Origin: Candidatus Latescibacterota bacterium
GTDB taxonomy: Bacteria; Latescibacterota; UBA2968; UBA8231
Length of the DNA stretch: 64,000 bases
Direction: 5' to 3'
Assembly: GCA_965248265.1 (NCBI GenBank)
Contig: CBDFJF010000001.1
Coordinates: 32,001 to 96,000, forward strand
Numbering within the stretch: position 1 is the first letter of the stretch; every line of letters begins with the position of its first letter. Made by a program: the position numbers and the translations under genes. The notes under the pieces were generated by a model. It saw nothing but the letters and a program-made list of their open reading frames with translations, ran no database searches and was not told where the DNA came from. Below, piece after piece: positions 10,267-20,308 of the stretch.

Positions 10267-10838
10267 GTAAGTCAACGCTCAATCGAGCGGCGTGTGCGCT
10301 CACCCTTTGCGGATGCCTGTTTGCCTTCCATCCAGCGCAAGGGCTTGAGTCCGATGATCGCTTGAACCGGTTCAAGGCCGTGTTCCTCTACAACTTTATC
10401 GACTACGTGCACTGGCCCCCCGAACGCACCAAGGGTGCGTTCAAGCTTGGAATCCTTGGCACCAGCCCGGTCGAATTTTCCCTGCGCGAGATCTCACAGA
10501 AGAAAAGCGCCCGGGGAAGACCCCTTCAGATTGAAGTGTTCTCCTCGGTCAAGGAAGTGCGCCCCTGCCACCTGCTTTTCGTGACTCCCGAGTTCTCATC
10601 ACAGGTAAGAAACCTGGGGCAGCATCTTGGCAAACAGGGCATACTGGTGGTTACGGACGCTCCGGGGATGGCGGCTCAGGGTGCCTGCATCAATTTCGTG
10701 CTCAAGAAGGGGAAGTTGAAATTCGAGGTCAATCGGGAGAGTCTTGAATGGGCCGGCCTCAAGGCCAGCGCCCAGCTGCTCAAGCTAGCCATTCTGGTGC
10801 CCTCGACGACGGCCGGCGACGCCAGTGGAATCCATTGA
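10263..10838 (+). CDS. yfiR: YfiR/HmsC (DUF4154) family periplasmic regulator
   Basis: Signal peptide; KAVFLYNFIDYVHWP, CHLLFV, INFVLKKGKLKFEVN, LKASAQLLKLA. Confidence 0.88.
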   Translation: MSKSTLNRAACALTLCGCLFAFHPAQGLESDDRLNRFKAVFLYNFIDYVHWPPERTKGAFKLGILGTSPVEFSLREISQKKSARGRPLQIEVFSSVKEVRPCHLLFVTPEFSSQVRNLGQHLGKQGILVVTDAPGMAAQGACINFVLKKGKLKFEVNRESLEWAGLKASAQLLKLAILVPSTTAGDASGIH

Positions 10839-10840
10839 CG

Positions 10841-13081
10841 ATGACGATTCGAAACAAACTCGTCCTCATCCAGCTGATCACCGCCTTTACGGTTCTGGTG
10901 TCGGCCAGCGGCATTCTCTTCATCAACAGGTTGAGTCAGTTCCGGACGGACCTCGTCAACAGCTTGTCGTCAACGGCTATGCTCATCGGCGGCAACAGCG
11001 TCTCCACACTCGTATTCCTGGACGACCTTGCTGCGCAGCGAGTCCTCACTTCGCTGCAAGTCAAACCGGAAATCGTCAATGCTGGAATTTACGACGACAC
11101 GGGCGCCCTGTTTGCGACCTACAGTCGAGAGGGTACGGCAACATTCACCTTCCCCGCGGCCTCCGACTCGCTACAATCGCACGCATTCGTCGATAACCAC
11201 CTCCTGCTCTTCCAGCCAGTGACCAGGAATGGCGAAAACATCGGCCTCGTATTTCTACGCGCGGATCTGAGTCAACTGGATGACCTGATCGACCACTACG
11301 TCACCAGTGCGATCGAATCGGTCATCCTCGGCATGGTGTTGTCCGCCTTGCTGGCCCTCCTGCTTCAACGAACGATTTCACAGCCGATCCTGGATCTTGT
11401 TGCCACCACCCGGGATGTCTCCAAGACCGGTGACTACAGCCGCCGGGCGGCCGCGGTCGCCGATGACGAACTCGGCACCCTCTCCGCCACCTTCAACGAG
11501 ATGCTGGAACAGATTGAGGGACGCGACGCCTCTCTCAAGGAGGCTCGCGACACCTTGGAGCTTCGCGTCACGGAGCGGACGGGAGAACTATTGCAGGCCA
11601 AGGAGCAACTCGAACAGGCGCTGCAATCCGAGCACAACGCACGGGAGGCTGCAGAGGAAGCGCGCACTTCAGCGGAAGCGGCCAACCGGACGAAATCGAT
11701 TTTCCTGGCCAACATGAGCCACGAGATCCGCACACCGATGAACGCCATTCTCGGTTACACGCAGATTCTCCAGGGAAGCACGGACCTAACCGCTGAGCAC
11801 CGGCGGGCGATCGATTCAATCGCTGACGGGGGCGAGCACCTGCGGCGATTGATCAACGACGTCCTCGACATTTCCAAGATCGAAGCCGGAAGAGAAGAGT
11901 TTCGCCCCAGCGAATTCGACTTGCGCCGCATGATGGAGAGCCTGTCCGCGATGTTCGAATCTCATTGTGGCGAAAAGGGCCTGGCGTGGAAATTGGAACA
12001 TGGCATCCGGGTCGACCGCGTATACGGCGATGAGAGCAAGCTCCGCCAGGTTCTGATCAACCTACTGGGCAATGCAGTAAAATTCACCGACCATGGGGAA
12101 GTAACCTTGACGGTGGTCACGGAGGACGATAGCCATTACCGTTTCTGCGTCGCTGACACGGGCCCGGGAATTCCCCGAGAGCGCTGGACCGAAATCTTTG
12201 AGCCATTCCAGCAGGATGAAGAAGGCCTGCGCCACGGCGGCACCGGCCTGGGTCTGGCCATCGCGCGACGCCAGGTAGAAATAATGGGAGGCCAGCTGCT
12301 ACTGGAGGACTCCAGTTCAGCAGGCACTCGCTTTTCGTTCACTGCAACCCTGACAGGGATTGGCCAGCTGTCCGCAGATGAACCCTCTACCACCCCCCTT
12401 GCAGCCGACGACGAACCTCTCTGGGGGCAAGTGCGCGGGCTGGAAGACGGAATCGAGGTGCACGCACTCATCGTCGACGACGTACCCACCAATCGGGACA
12501 TCCTGCAGCAGATGCTGACCCGAATCGGAGTAGAGGCCGAAGCCGTTGAAAGCGGCGAGCAGGCCCTCGAATCGGTGCGGATTCGAATGCCGGACATCGT
12601 CTTCATGGATATCCGCATGCCGGGCGGAATGACCGGTGTGGAGGCCATGCAGCAGTTGGTCGCGGAGCACGGGACCCATGCCATGAAAATCGTTGCCGTG
12701 ACCGCCTCGGTTTTCGAACATCAGCGTCAGAGCTTCATGGAGGCCGGCTTCGACGATTTTATCGACAAGCCATTGCGTGTCGAGCAGCTCCATGCTTGTC
12801 TCTCCGCGCAACTGGGTGTGACGTATCGCTTCACGCAGCCAACCTCGGAGGAGACGCTCGAGCACTCCGATTGGCGCGGTTTCCGACTGCCCCCATCACT
12901 TCACGCGGGATTGAGCAAGGCAGCCGACGCCCATAGCATTACCGACCTCAACCGAGAGTTGGACACGCTGGAGCAAACGGGCGATGAGGGCACCCAGTTG
13001 GCTGCTCATTTGCGCGACCGCTGCCGGCTGTTCGACATCGCATCCGTGCAACTCATTCTGCGGGAGATTGAGGTCGAATGA
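10841..13081 (+). CDS. Hybrid sensor histidine kinase (CHASE8-like periplasmic domain-HAMP-HisKA-HATPase-REC)
   Basis: Start MTIRNKL at 10841; [21 protein letters not shown] resembles the YfiN-type sensor; [18 protein letters not shown]; [11 protein letters not shown]; REC. Confidence 0.92.
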   Translation: MTIRNKLVLIQLITAFTVLVSASGILFINRLSQFRTDLVNSLSSTAMLIGGNSVSTLVFLDDLAAQRVLTSLQVKPEIVNAGIYDDTGALFATYSREGTATFTFPAASDSLQSHAFVDNHLLLFQPVTRNGENIGLVFLRADLSQLDDLIDHYVTSAIESVILGMVLSALLALLLQRTISQPILDLVATTRDVSKTGDYSRRAAAVADDELGTLSATFNEMLEQIEGRDASLKEARDTLELRVTERTGELLQAKEQLEQALQSEHNAREAAEEARTSAEAANRTKSIFLANMSHEIRTPMNAILGYTQILQGSTDLTAEHRRAIDSIADGGEHLRRLINDVLDISKIEAGREEFRPSEFDLRRMMESLSAMFESHCGEKGLAWKLEHGIRVDRVYGDESKLRQVLINLLGNAVKFTDHGEVTLTVVTEDDSHYRFCVADTGPGIPRERWTEIFEPFQQDEEGLRHGGTGLGLAIARRQVEIMGGQLLLEDSSSAGTRFSFTATLTGIGQLSADEPSTTPLAADDEPLWGQVRGLEDGIEVHALIVDDVPTNRDILQQMLTRIGVEAEAVESGEQALESVRIRMPDIVFMDIRMPGGMTGVEAMQQLVAEHGTHAMKIVAVTASVFEHQRQSFMEAGFDDFIDKPLRVEQLHACLSAQLGVTYRFTQPTSEETLEHSDWRGFRLPPSLHAGLSKAADAHSITDLNRELDTLEQTGDEGTQLAAHLRDRCRLFDIASVQLILREIEVE

Positions 13082-14922
13082 GCGCGAACCAGAGTGATGC
13101 CACAGTGCGAGTTCTCCTCGTTGATGATCAGGCGATGATCGGGGAAGTCGTGCGACGCATGCTGGGGGTAGAAAGCGATGTGGCCTACCTGTTCTGCGAT
13201 GACTCCAAGGCCGCCCTGGAAGCTGCCCGGAAGATCTCCCCTACCGTGATCCTGCAGGATCTGCAAATGCCGGATATCGATGGCTTCGACTTGCTCGAGA
13301 TGTACGGTAAGGATGACGTCACCCGTGATGTGCCCGTCATCATGCTGACGGGAAAGGAGGACCCCGCGAGCAAAGCGAAGGCCTTCTCGCTCGGGGCCAG
13401 CGACTACCTGGTAAAGGTTCCGGACCGAATCGAACTCATCGCTCGTATCCGTCGCCACTCCGACGGGTACGTCAACCTCCAAGCTCGGCGGCGTACGGAA
13501 GAAGCCCTTCGAAAGGCCGAGGTCGCAGCTCGCGCGGCTGCGGCGGAGGCCGACAACGCCAACCGCGCCAAGAGCACCTTTCTGGCCAACCTGAGTCACG
13601 AGATCCGTACACCGATGAACGCGATTCTGGGATATGCTCAGATCCTTTCAGCCGGCGCCGACCTGACGCAGGACCAATATGACGGTCTTCAGACTATTCA
13701 GCACTCTGGTGACCATCTGCTAGAGCTCATCAACGACGTGTTGGATATTTCCAAGATCGAGGCGGGGCGCACCGAGCTCTCTGCCGTCGACTTCAATCTC
13801 ATCGGCCTGGTGCGCAGCCTCGGAGCCATGTTCCAGCAACGCTGTCATGCCAAGGACCTGCACTGGCGGCTCGAGGAGGACCTGCCGCGCGCGCACGTGC
13901 ACGGAGACGAAAACAAACTGCGTCAGGTGTTGATCAACCTGCTCGGCAACGCTGTAAAGTTTGCCACCCGAGGTGAGGTCTCCCTGCGGGTTGGAAAACC
14001 CGCGGAGAACGACTACCTCTTCGAGGTATGTGATACTGGACCCGGCATTCCTGAGGAGCACCAAACAGCCGTGTTCGAACCCTTTCACCAGGGAGACGCC
14101 GGACATCAGCACGGCGGCACAGGGTTAGGCCTGGCGATCGCCCGCAGTCACGTCGCGTTGATGGGCGGCAAGCTGCAACTCGAGTCGGTTCTCGGAAAGG
14201 GTACCACTTTTTCGTTCACCCTTTCACTGGCAAGCGTCGAAGCGAATGATGCCGGCGCAGACGATCGCTGGGACCGGGTACAGCGCCTTGCGGCGGGTCA
14301 TTCGGTGCGCGCGCTCGTCGTAGACGATTCGGTTGGTGGCGAAATCTGCCGACGTTTTCTGACACGGGTCGGAGTCGAAGTCGATCTGGTGACCAGCGGT
14401 AGCGACGCAATCGCTCATGCACGAGAACGCCATCCAGACATCGTGTTGATGGACCACAAGTTGCCGGATCTCAGTGGGGCGCAGGTCAGACACAGGCTGA
14501 TCCAGGATACCGGTGAAGGCGAGTTTCCCATCGTCTGCGCGACGACGGCCGTACTCGCTCATGAGAGGCGAATGCTTCAGGAGGACGGGTTCGAGCACTT
14601 CCTCGACAAACCACTTCGTGCGGAGCAGCTGTACGGTTGCTTGAGTTCTCTGCTGAGCGTGCAGTACGAGTACGAGGAGTCGACGGACGTGACCCAGGAC
14701 CATTCCGCATGGAACAGGGTTTCAGTGACCGCCGAGTTGGCAGCGCAGCTTTCAGGAGCGGCGGAAAGACAGAGTCTCAGCGAGCTCAGACAACACATCG
14801 CCACCCTGGCCTCGCTGGGCACCTCCGAGGCCGGCCTGGCCTCGCACCTGGACAAACTGAGCCGGCGCTTCGACATGGAGGCCGTCAAGGACGTCGTGCA
14901 GAGTCTGCGATCGACCCCTTAA
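13078..14922 (+). CDS. Cytoplasmic hybrid kinase (REC-HisKA-HATPase-REC)
   Basis: N-terminal REC (VLLVDDQAMIGEVVRR...ILQDLQMP...DYLVKVPDRIELIARIRRHS), [19 protein letters not shown], second REC. Confidence 0.92.
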   Translation: MSANQSDATVRVLLVDDQAMIGEVVRRMLGVESDVAYLFCDDSKAALEAARKISPTVILQDLQMPDIDGFDLLEMYGKDDVTRDVPVIMLTGKEDPASKAKAFSLGASDYLVKVPDRIELIARIRRHSDGYVNLQARRRTEEALRKAEVAARAAAAEADNANRAKSTFLANLSHEIRTPMNAILGYAQILSAGADLTQDQYDGLQTIQHSGDHLLELINDVLDISKIEAGRTELSAVDFNLIGLVRSLGAMFQQRCHAKDLHWRLEEDLPRAHVHGDENKLRQVLINLLGNAVKFATRGEVSLRVGKPAENDYLFEVCDTGPGIPEEHQTAVFEPFHQGDAGHQHGGTGLGLAIARSHVALMGGKLQLESVLGKGTTFSFTLSLASVEANDAGADDRWDRVQRLAAGHSVRALVVDDSVGGEICRRFLTRVGVEVDLVTSGSDAIAHARERHPDIVLMDHKLPDLSGAQVRHRLIQDTGEGEFPIVCATTAVLAHERRMLQEDGFEHFLDKPLRAEQLYGCLSSLLSVQYEYEESTDVTQDHSAWNRVSVTAELAAQLSGAAERQSLSELRQHIATLASLGTSEAGLASHLDKLSRRFDMEAVKDVVQSLRSTP

Positions 14923-17421
14923 CCAGCCGCCGTCGAGGATTCTGTCCCCTGCATGACGATCTTGTCCTCCAGGTGCGCGAACACGACCCCGTCCATCGAG
15001 TTCGTCAGGGTGATACTGGCGTCACCGATGCGAACCTCGACATCCGAGTCTACACGCCCTGTTATGTGAATCTGTGTTCTGTCGTAGATCGCTGATTGCA
15101 GTTTTCTCAACTCTTGTTTGCGTCGCAAGCTTTGGGTTCGCGTCTCCACCAGACTTTTGAGTCGACTTAAACAGCATCATCATCGGCTTGCGTTTCTCCG
15201 GCGGACTGCGCTCGATCAATTCCTTGAAATGGGTGGCATCGACTTCCTGAACCCCGAGGGTTCGGAAGACTCTCATCATGTTGGACCGGCACAGCTGAAG
15301 CCCTTCGTCAACCTTCCTCATACGCGCGGCGATCTCCGGATCAGGACCGATCATCAACCTCGTCGACGCTGGACCCCGGCTGATCTGGCGCGCTTCGATT
15401 CGGCTACCGGAGACCAGCTCTCCACCAACGGCGCTGCCTCCACGGGCCCCTTCATTCCCCGTGATCGTCAATTGCCTTCCCGCGCGCAACCGGCCATTCA
15501 TCGAGTGCCCCACCACAACCACGTCGCCGGCAGCTGAGACCGTGGCGTTTTGCACCATCGGACACAACACGTTGCCGCGCGCGTTCACGATGGTCTCTTT
15601 GCCGACGATACCCTTGGCAACGACGACATCCTCACCGACGCTGATCCTGGCTCCCCCTTCAACTACACCGTCGACGACCACGCATCCCTCCGCCGTTACC
15701 GCTCCACCACCGCGCACCGATCCGCGCACATGCAGGTCCTCTCCCGGACCACTGTTGACGGGTGTGTGCACATTTTGATCGATGTGGGTCACCCGGTGCA
15801 CGCGCAACACTCCCTTGAACACGCGGACGCGACCGTCGATCTCTGCATGGAAATACTGGCGTGCACCTCGTTCCTCCATCCTCACATTCACCCCGGCCGT
15901 CACCGCATCCGCCACTGGTAAGGCCGGCATGGCGTCACCCAACTCACCGCCACACACGTCCCTTCCCGGCTGCGGCTCCCGTGATGGAGTTACCTCGGCA
16001 ACCAGGTCACCATTTTTCACGATAGTGGCTTCGATCTCGGCGGGGATGTCCGCGTCGTGCCGTGCTCCCGCGACTCCACTGCGAGCTCTCTGGAAGGGAA
16101 AGTAAGCGCTGCCTTCCTCCCCAGGCGTAGACGCTGAAGCCTTGGCGATCATGATCGAACGAGCCTTTTCCGAGGGAGCTGACTCCTGCAGCACCTGCTG
16201 CACCCCCCCCTCTGATACACCGTGGGTAACGCCAACCGCCTCCACAGCCTGCAGTATCCAATCTTCCGTCAGCATCACGTCCGGACCCGACTGCGGATAA
16301 CGGATGAAGTGTACCGACATTCGATCGGATGAGACCCACACAGGCGGAATGACCGAAATCTCGCTTTCATCGAGACAGACATAGCCCAGCATGCCTGAGA
16401 CGAAATGGTTCTCGATCAGCTGTACGTTCGACCCCGCCTGCAGTAGGCTCTCTGGGACGGAAGTCACACCTTCGGGTGGCAGGAACACGGCTAGCTCTTC
16501 ACCAGGCATCACCATGCGTGCGGCGTTTGGGCCAGCCGTTGCCGCCTCCAGAGTCTCAGCATTGATGGCTGCTCGCAGCTCATCGAACGCCAGCGTGGTC
16601 ACACCCCCGGGCACATCCTCGAAGCAGGTGTACGTCACGCTGCCGGTAGTTGCTGGGTCCGGTTCCATCCCGGAGGCGATCGGAAAGTGGCCTCGAATCA
16701 CCCGACTCGGAGAAGCGGCTGCCTGCTTGGCCAATCGAGCCACCATCTCGGCGTCGATGCCGCTGTTGATATGGTACTGGTCTTGCAGAGCCTCCATCAC
16801 ATCTGTTTCACCGAGCGTGCCATCACCGCCAAAACTGATCACCTGCAGCACAGCCGTGCCCTGCGCCGGGAGCACTTTGACTTTCATCCATCCTGTGTTC
16901 TTCGGACCGAAATTGCGCCGCCTGTCCGTGGAACCGACATCCACACTCCGGACGGGGGCCTGAGGATGCGGCCGTGTAGGTTCACCACCGGGGGTGCCTG
17001 GTTCGTCCTCCACCGCCTCGAGACTCTCGGGTGTCAGCTCATCATATTCTGCCTCGGCATCGTCGACTCCAGGCCCGCCAACCGTCGTCGATACGCTACT
17101 CGCCCCGCGGCTCCGCTCATCGCGTAGCTCCGCGACGTCGGGGACAACCTCGCTCCTGTCGGTGTCGATGGTGACTTCGGAGATACCTATATCCTTCAGC
17201 GCTGTAAGTTGCTTTTCGGAGCGCAGCAGCATGCCCCCCATGCCCGAGACCTCGTCTACTTTCCGTCTCTTGATGCGCAGCCGCTTGCTGCTGATCTCTT
17301 CGAGAGCGGCATCGGAGAGTTCGAGAAAGTGGCGAATTTCGTTGCCAACCATCACGCTGAGAACATTCGCCTCGACGAACATCCCAACGCTAAGCGTATC
17401 TATGGGAATTCGGAGTCTCAT
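14919..17421 (-). pseudogene. DUF3391-FapA (DUF342) fusion with a single frameshift near the 3' end
   Basis: N-terminal RIPIDTLSVGMFV...SEKQLTALKDIGISEVTIDTDRS (DUF3391-like); beta-helix repeats (GEDLHVRGSV, GEDVVVAKGIVG). The C-terminus continues in the +1 frame (ORF 14919..15149) after ...CTG TTT AAG near 15168-15172. Confidence 0.75.
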
Positions 17422-17440
17422 CCTCCCTTACTCGCGTGGG

Positions 17441-18457
17441 CTAGCGATCACCGGCATCGCGCTCGGCATCGGATATTTCCTGCTCGATCTCAAGGACCTC
17501 GTCCAGCTGATCCTCCCACTCAGCCGGGTCCTGACGGACCTTCGAATCCTGAACAGCCACGGCGGCCTGTAGCCCGAAACTGCCAAGGGTGCCCAGATCC
17601 CCCTCCCCGATCTCGCGCCCACTTCGTGGGTTCTCGACTTCGATGAGACCGAGGATTTCACCCTCACGCACGATGGGCACCAGAGCCGCCGGATGGGTGG
17701 CCGCCACGATCACCGGTTCCAGTTTCTCGGTAGCTGCCCGCAGCGCCTGTGCCGAGGGCGAGGACGCCTTGAAGCGGCTCGATTCACGGTCTCCCAGTTC
17801 CTCACCGACCAGTCCAATGGCCGCTGCCGGCCTGAACTCACCTTCGGCGGAGAGATAAACGACCGCCTGATCCAGTTCCAGGATGTTGATGGCGACTTCC
17901 AGCACAACGGCCAATGTCTCTTCCAGTGAATGGAAGGTCAGCAAGTGCTGGGCGATCCGGTCCTTGCCCTCCAGTTCACGGACCTTTTGTACCAGGTCAG
18001 CTGTGCGTTCCTTGACCTTCAGCTCCAGCTCCTCGTTGATCGACGCCAGTCGACGGGCTAGAATGGCTCTCTCCAGATGCGTCTGAATGCGGACGAGGAC
18101 CTCTTCCTTTTTGAAGGGTTTCGTGATGTAATCGACGCCGCCGGACTCAAAGCCCTCGACGATGCCTTCCAGATCATCGCGCGCGGTGAGGAAGACCACG
18201 GGGATGCCGCTGATGGAGGGCTGCGCCTTCAGCTGACGGCATGTTTCGTACCCATCGATGCCCGGCATCATCACGTCGAGGAGGATCAGATCGGGTTGCG
18301 ATTGTTGCGCTACCTTGAGAGCCGTGGGACCGTCTGAGGCCACGTGCACGTTGTATCCCTCGGCATCGAGCGCCTGGAAAAGGACATCGAGATTGGCCGG
18401 AACGTCATCGGTGACCAGGATCTTGCAACCGGTCAGGTCGAGATCAACTTCGCTCAT
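17441..18457 (-). CDS. Response regulator with REC-coiled coil-GAF architecture
   Basis: ILVTDDVPANL, ILLDVMMP, DYITKPF; GAF-like ALVPIVREGEILGLIEVEN; acidic tail. Confidence 0.88.
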   Translation of the reverse strand: MSEVDLDLTGCKILVTDDVPANLDVLFQALDAEGYNVHVASDGPTALKVAQQSQPDLILLDVMMPGIDGYETCRQLKAQPSISGIPVVFLTARDDLEGIVEGFESGGVDYITKPFKKEEVLVRIQTHLERAILARRLASINEELELKVKERTADLVQKVRELEGKDRIAQHLLTFHSLEETLAVVLEVAINILELDQAVVYLSAEGEFRPAAAIGLVGEELGDRESSRFKASSPSAQALRAATEKLEPVIVAATHPAALVPIVREGEILGLIEVENPRSGREIGEGDLGTLGSFGLQAAVAVQDSKVRQDPAEWEDQLDEVLEIEQEISDAERDAGDR

Positions 18458-18530
18458 TGGACTCTTTCGGTTGTCATCACCATCGGCTGTCGAAACACCG
18501 ACGGTTTGGTGGGGTGTTCAGGTACACGCA

Positions 18531-19790
18531 TCAAGCACGGCGGTCCAGGACCCCCCGGATCTTCGACATCAGGGTGATCATGGAGACGGGTTTGTGGATC
18601 AGCTCGTCCGCACCTTCGAAGTCGTCCATGTCTCCACCGAGCCCGGTGAAAATGACGATCTTGGTTTGTGCATCTCTCTGCCTGAGCTGCTTGAGAACCT
18701 GGCGACCGGACTTGCCTGGAAGGGAGTGGTCTAGCAAAACCAGATCGATGTATTGCCGTTCTCGATCGAACAGCTCCAGTCCTTGGTCTCCGTCTACGGC
18801 CGTCAGTGTCGTATAGCCCTTGGCTTCGAGCATGTGTTGCGCGGTATAGCGAATCATCTCCTCATCCTCGATGATGAGGATGGTCTCCGTCCCGGTCGTC
18901 TCAGTTACCCGACTGACGGCGCGCCGCTCCTCCTGGGCAGGTGAAGCAGGCAGATAAACGCTGAACCTGGTCCCTATACCGGGCTCGCTGTCACAGTCGA
19001 TCCACCCGCCATGATCCCGCACGATGCCGAAAACGGTCGATAGTCCCAGACCGGTCCCACGGTCTATTTCCTTGGTCGTGAAGAACGGATCGAAAATCTT
19101 TGCCTTCATTTCTTGGTCTATTCCGGGACCGTTATCGGAAACGCTGAGACGCGCGAATAACCCACTCCTGGCATTCGCAGCCGCTGTCGGCCGATCGACC
19201 TTGAGCGTCTCCAAGCCGACGCGAATGGTCGGATCGTTGCGCTCGACCTCTTCCAGAGCGTCGCGGGCATTGATGCACAGGTTCAGAACCGCCTGCTCCA
19301 GCTGCATCGAATCCCCGATAGCGAATTGACCGGGTTTGATATCGATGATGATCTCGATTCGGCGATCGAACGTCTTCTTGCAGATCGACACGACGTCCTG
19401 TGCGACCTTGGCCAGGTCAATGGCACGTTGGGTTCGACGCGAATTGGGACGGGCAAAGATCATGAGCTGGGTAATCAGTTCCCCCGCTCGTCGAGTCGTA
19501 TCGAGTGCCTGGGTCACCGCATCATCAGCCACCGCGGGTATGCTCTGTGTTTGAGCTAGCTCGAGACTACCGACGATGGCCTGCAAGAGGTTATTAAAAT
19601 TATGTGCAATTCCGGCCGTGAGCTGACCCAGCGCCTCCATCTTGGCCGTCTGCTGTTGACGCTGCCCATCCTCGAATTGCTGCTCGAGTTCGAGGTGGGA
19701 TTCGTGCAGCCACTCCAGCCCTTCCAGGCGCTGGCGCAGTTCGCTGAGCTCGGAGAGGAGTTCAGTCTTTGGTCGTTGTTCATCAACCAT
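18531..19790 (-). CDS. Cytoplasmic hybrid histidine kinase (HisKA-HATPase-REC)
   Basis: [34 protein letters not shown]-terminal REC. Confidence 0.92.
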   Translation of the reverse strand: MVDEQRPKTELLSELSELRQRLEGLEWLHESHLELEQQFEDGQRQQQTAKMEALGQLTAGIAHNFNNLLQAIVGSLELAQTQSIPAVADDAVTQALDTTRRAGELITQLMIFARPNSRRTQRAIDLAKVAQDVVSICKKTFDRRIEIIIDIKPGQFAIGDSMQLEQAVLNLCINARDALEEVERNDPTIRVGLETLKVDRPTAAANARSGLFARLSVSDNGPGIDQEMKAKIFDPFFTTKEIDRGTGLGLSTVFGIVRDHGGWIDCDSEPGIGTRFSVYLPASPAQEERRAVSRVTETTGTETILIIEDEEMIRYTAQHMLEAKGYTTLTAVDGDQGLELFDRERQYIDLVLLDHSLPGKSGRQVLKQLRQRDAQTKIVIFTGLGGDMDDFEGADELIHKPVSMITLMSKIRGVLDRRA

Positions 19791-19909
19791 GATATGGTGT
19801 TCACGGAGTGCGGGTGGTTGCGATCCTGGAAAGATAGGCCAACCACTGACAGAACACAGCCCTACGTCTCAATTGACCCTCTCATATTGATTTGATTTCC
19901 CGTTTTTTC

Positions 19910-19938
19910 TTGACATCGTTCAGGGTCCCTGGTAGCAT
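19910..19938 (+). promoter_or_regulatory. Sigma70-type promoter
   Basis: TTGACA (19910-19915), 17-bp spacer, TAGCAT (19933-19938) preceded by TGG. Confidence 0.65.
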
Positions 19939-20024
19939 ATTTACTGACTGGCCTGCGAAAAAAACAATAATGCCGCTTCGGTACCAACCGAGGCGGTCGT
20001 AGTCGTCGAAACCAGTCCTCGAAG

Positions 20025-20086
20025 ACGCCTACTTAGCCCCCTTCCGCCGTCACGCGGAGAAAGGGGATAGGTGGGCGTTTTTTTTT
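20025..20086 (+). terminator. Intrinsic terminator-like hairpin in the 5' leader of the small HTH gene
   Basis: ACGCCTACTTA pairs with TAGGTGGGCGT; inner CCCC/GGGG and TCCGC/GCGGA stems; run of 9 T at 20078-20086. Confidence 0.7.
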
Positions 20087-20101
20087 GAGGGAGATGGATC
20101 T

Positions 20102-20290
20102 ATGCAGAAAACACCGATCGAGCAAGTGGAGCGGGTGGCCAGGCTTTACCGGACCAACAAGGAGGCCAGCTTGGCACTCGGCATCACGGTTCAAGCCTTC
20201 GGTCGGCTTTGCCGGCAACATCGCATCGAAACGCCCGGTGAGCGTCGCCTCAAGCGCCGGTTGACACAAGCTCGAGAATCAGCCCTTTAG
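20102..20290 (+). CDS. Small basic HTH-like protein
   Basis: SD GAGGGAGA; ERVARLYRTNKEASLALGITVQAFGRLCRQHRIETP has a Fis-like HTH pattern (A..LGI...L). Confidence 0.7.
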   Translation: MQKTPIEQVERVARLYRTNKEASLALGITVQAFGRLCRQHRIETPGERRLKRRLTQARESAL

Positions 20291-20308
20291 TGGGTGGGTG
20301 TGCGGCAG

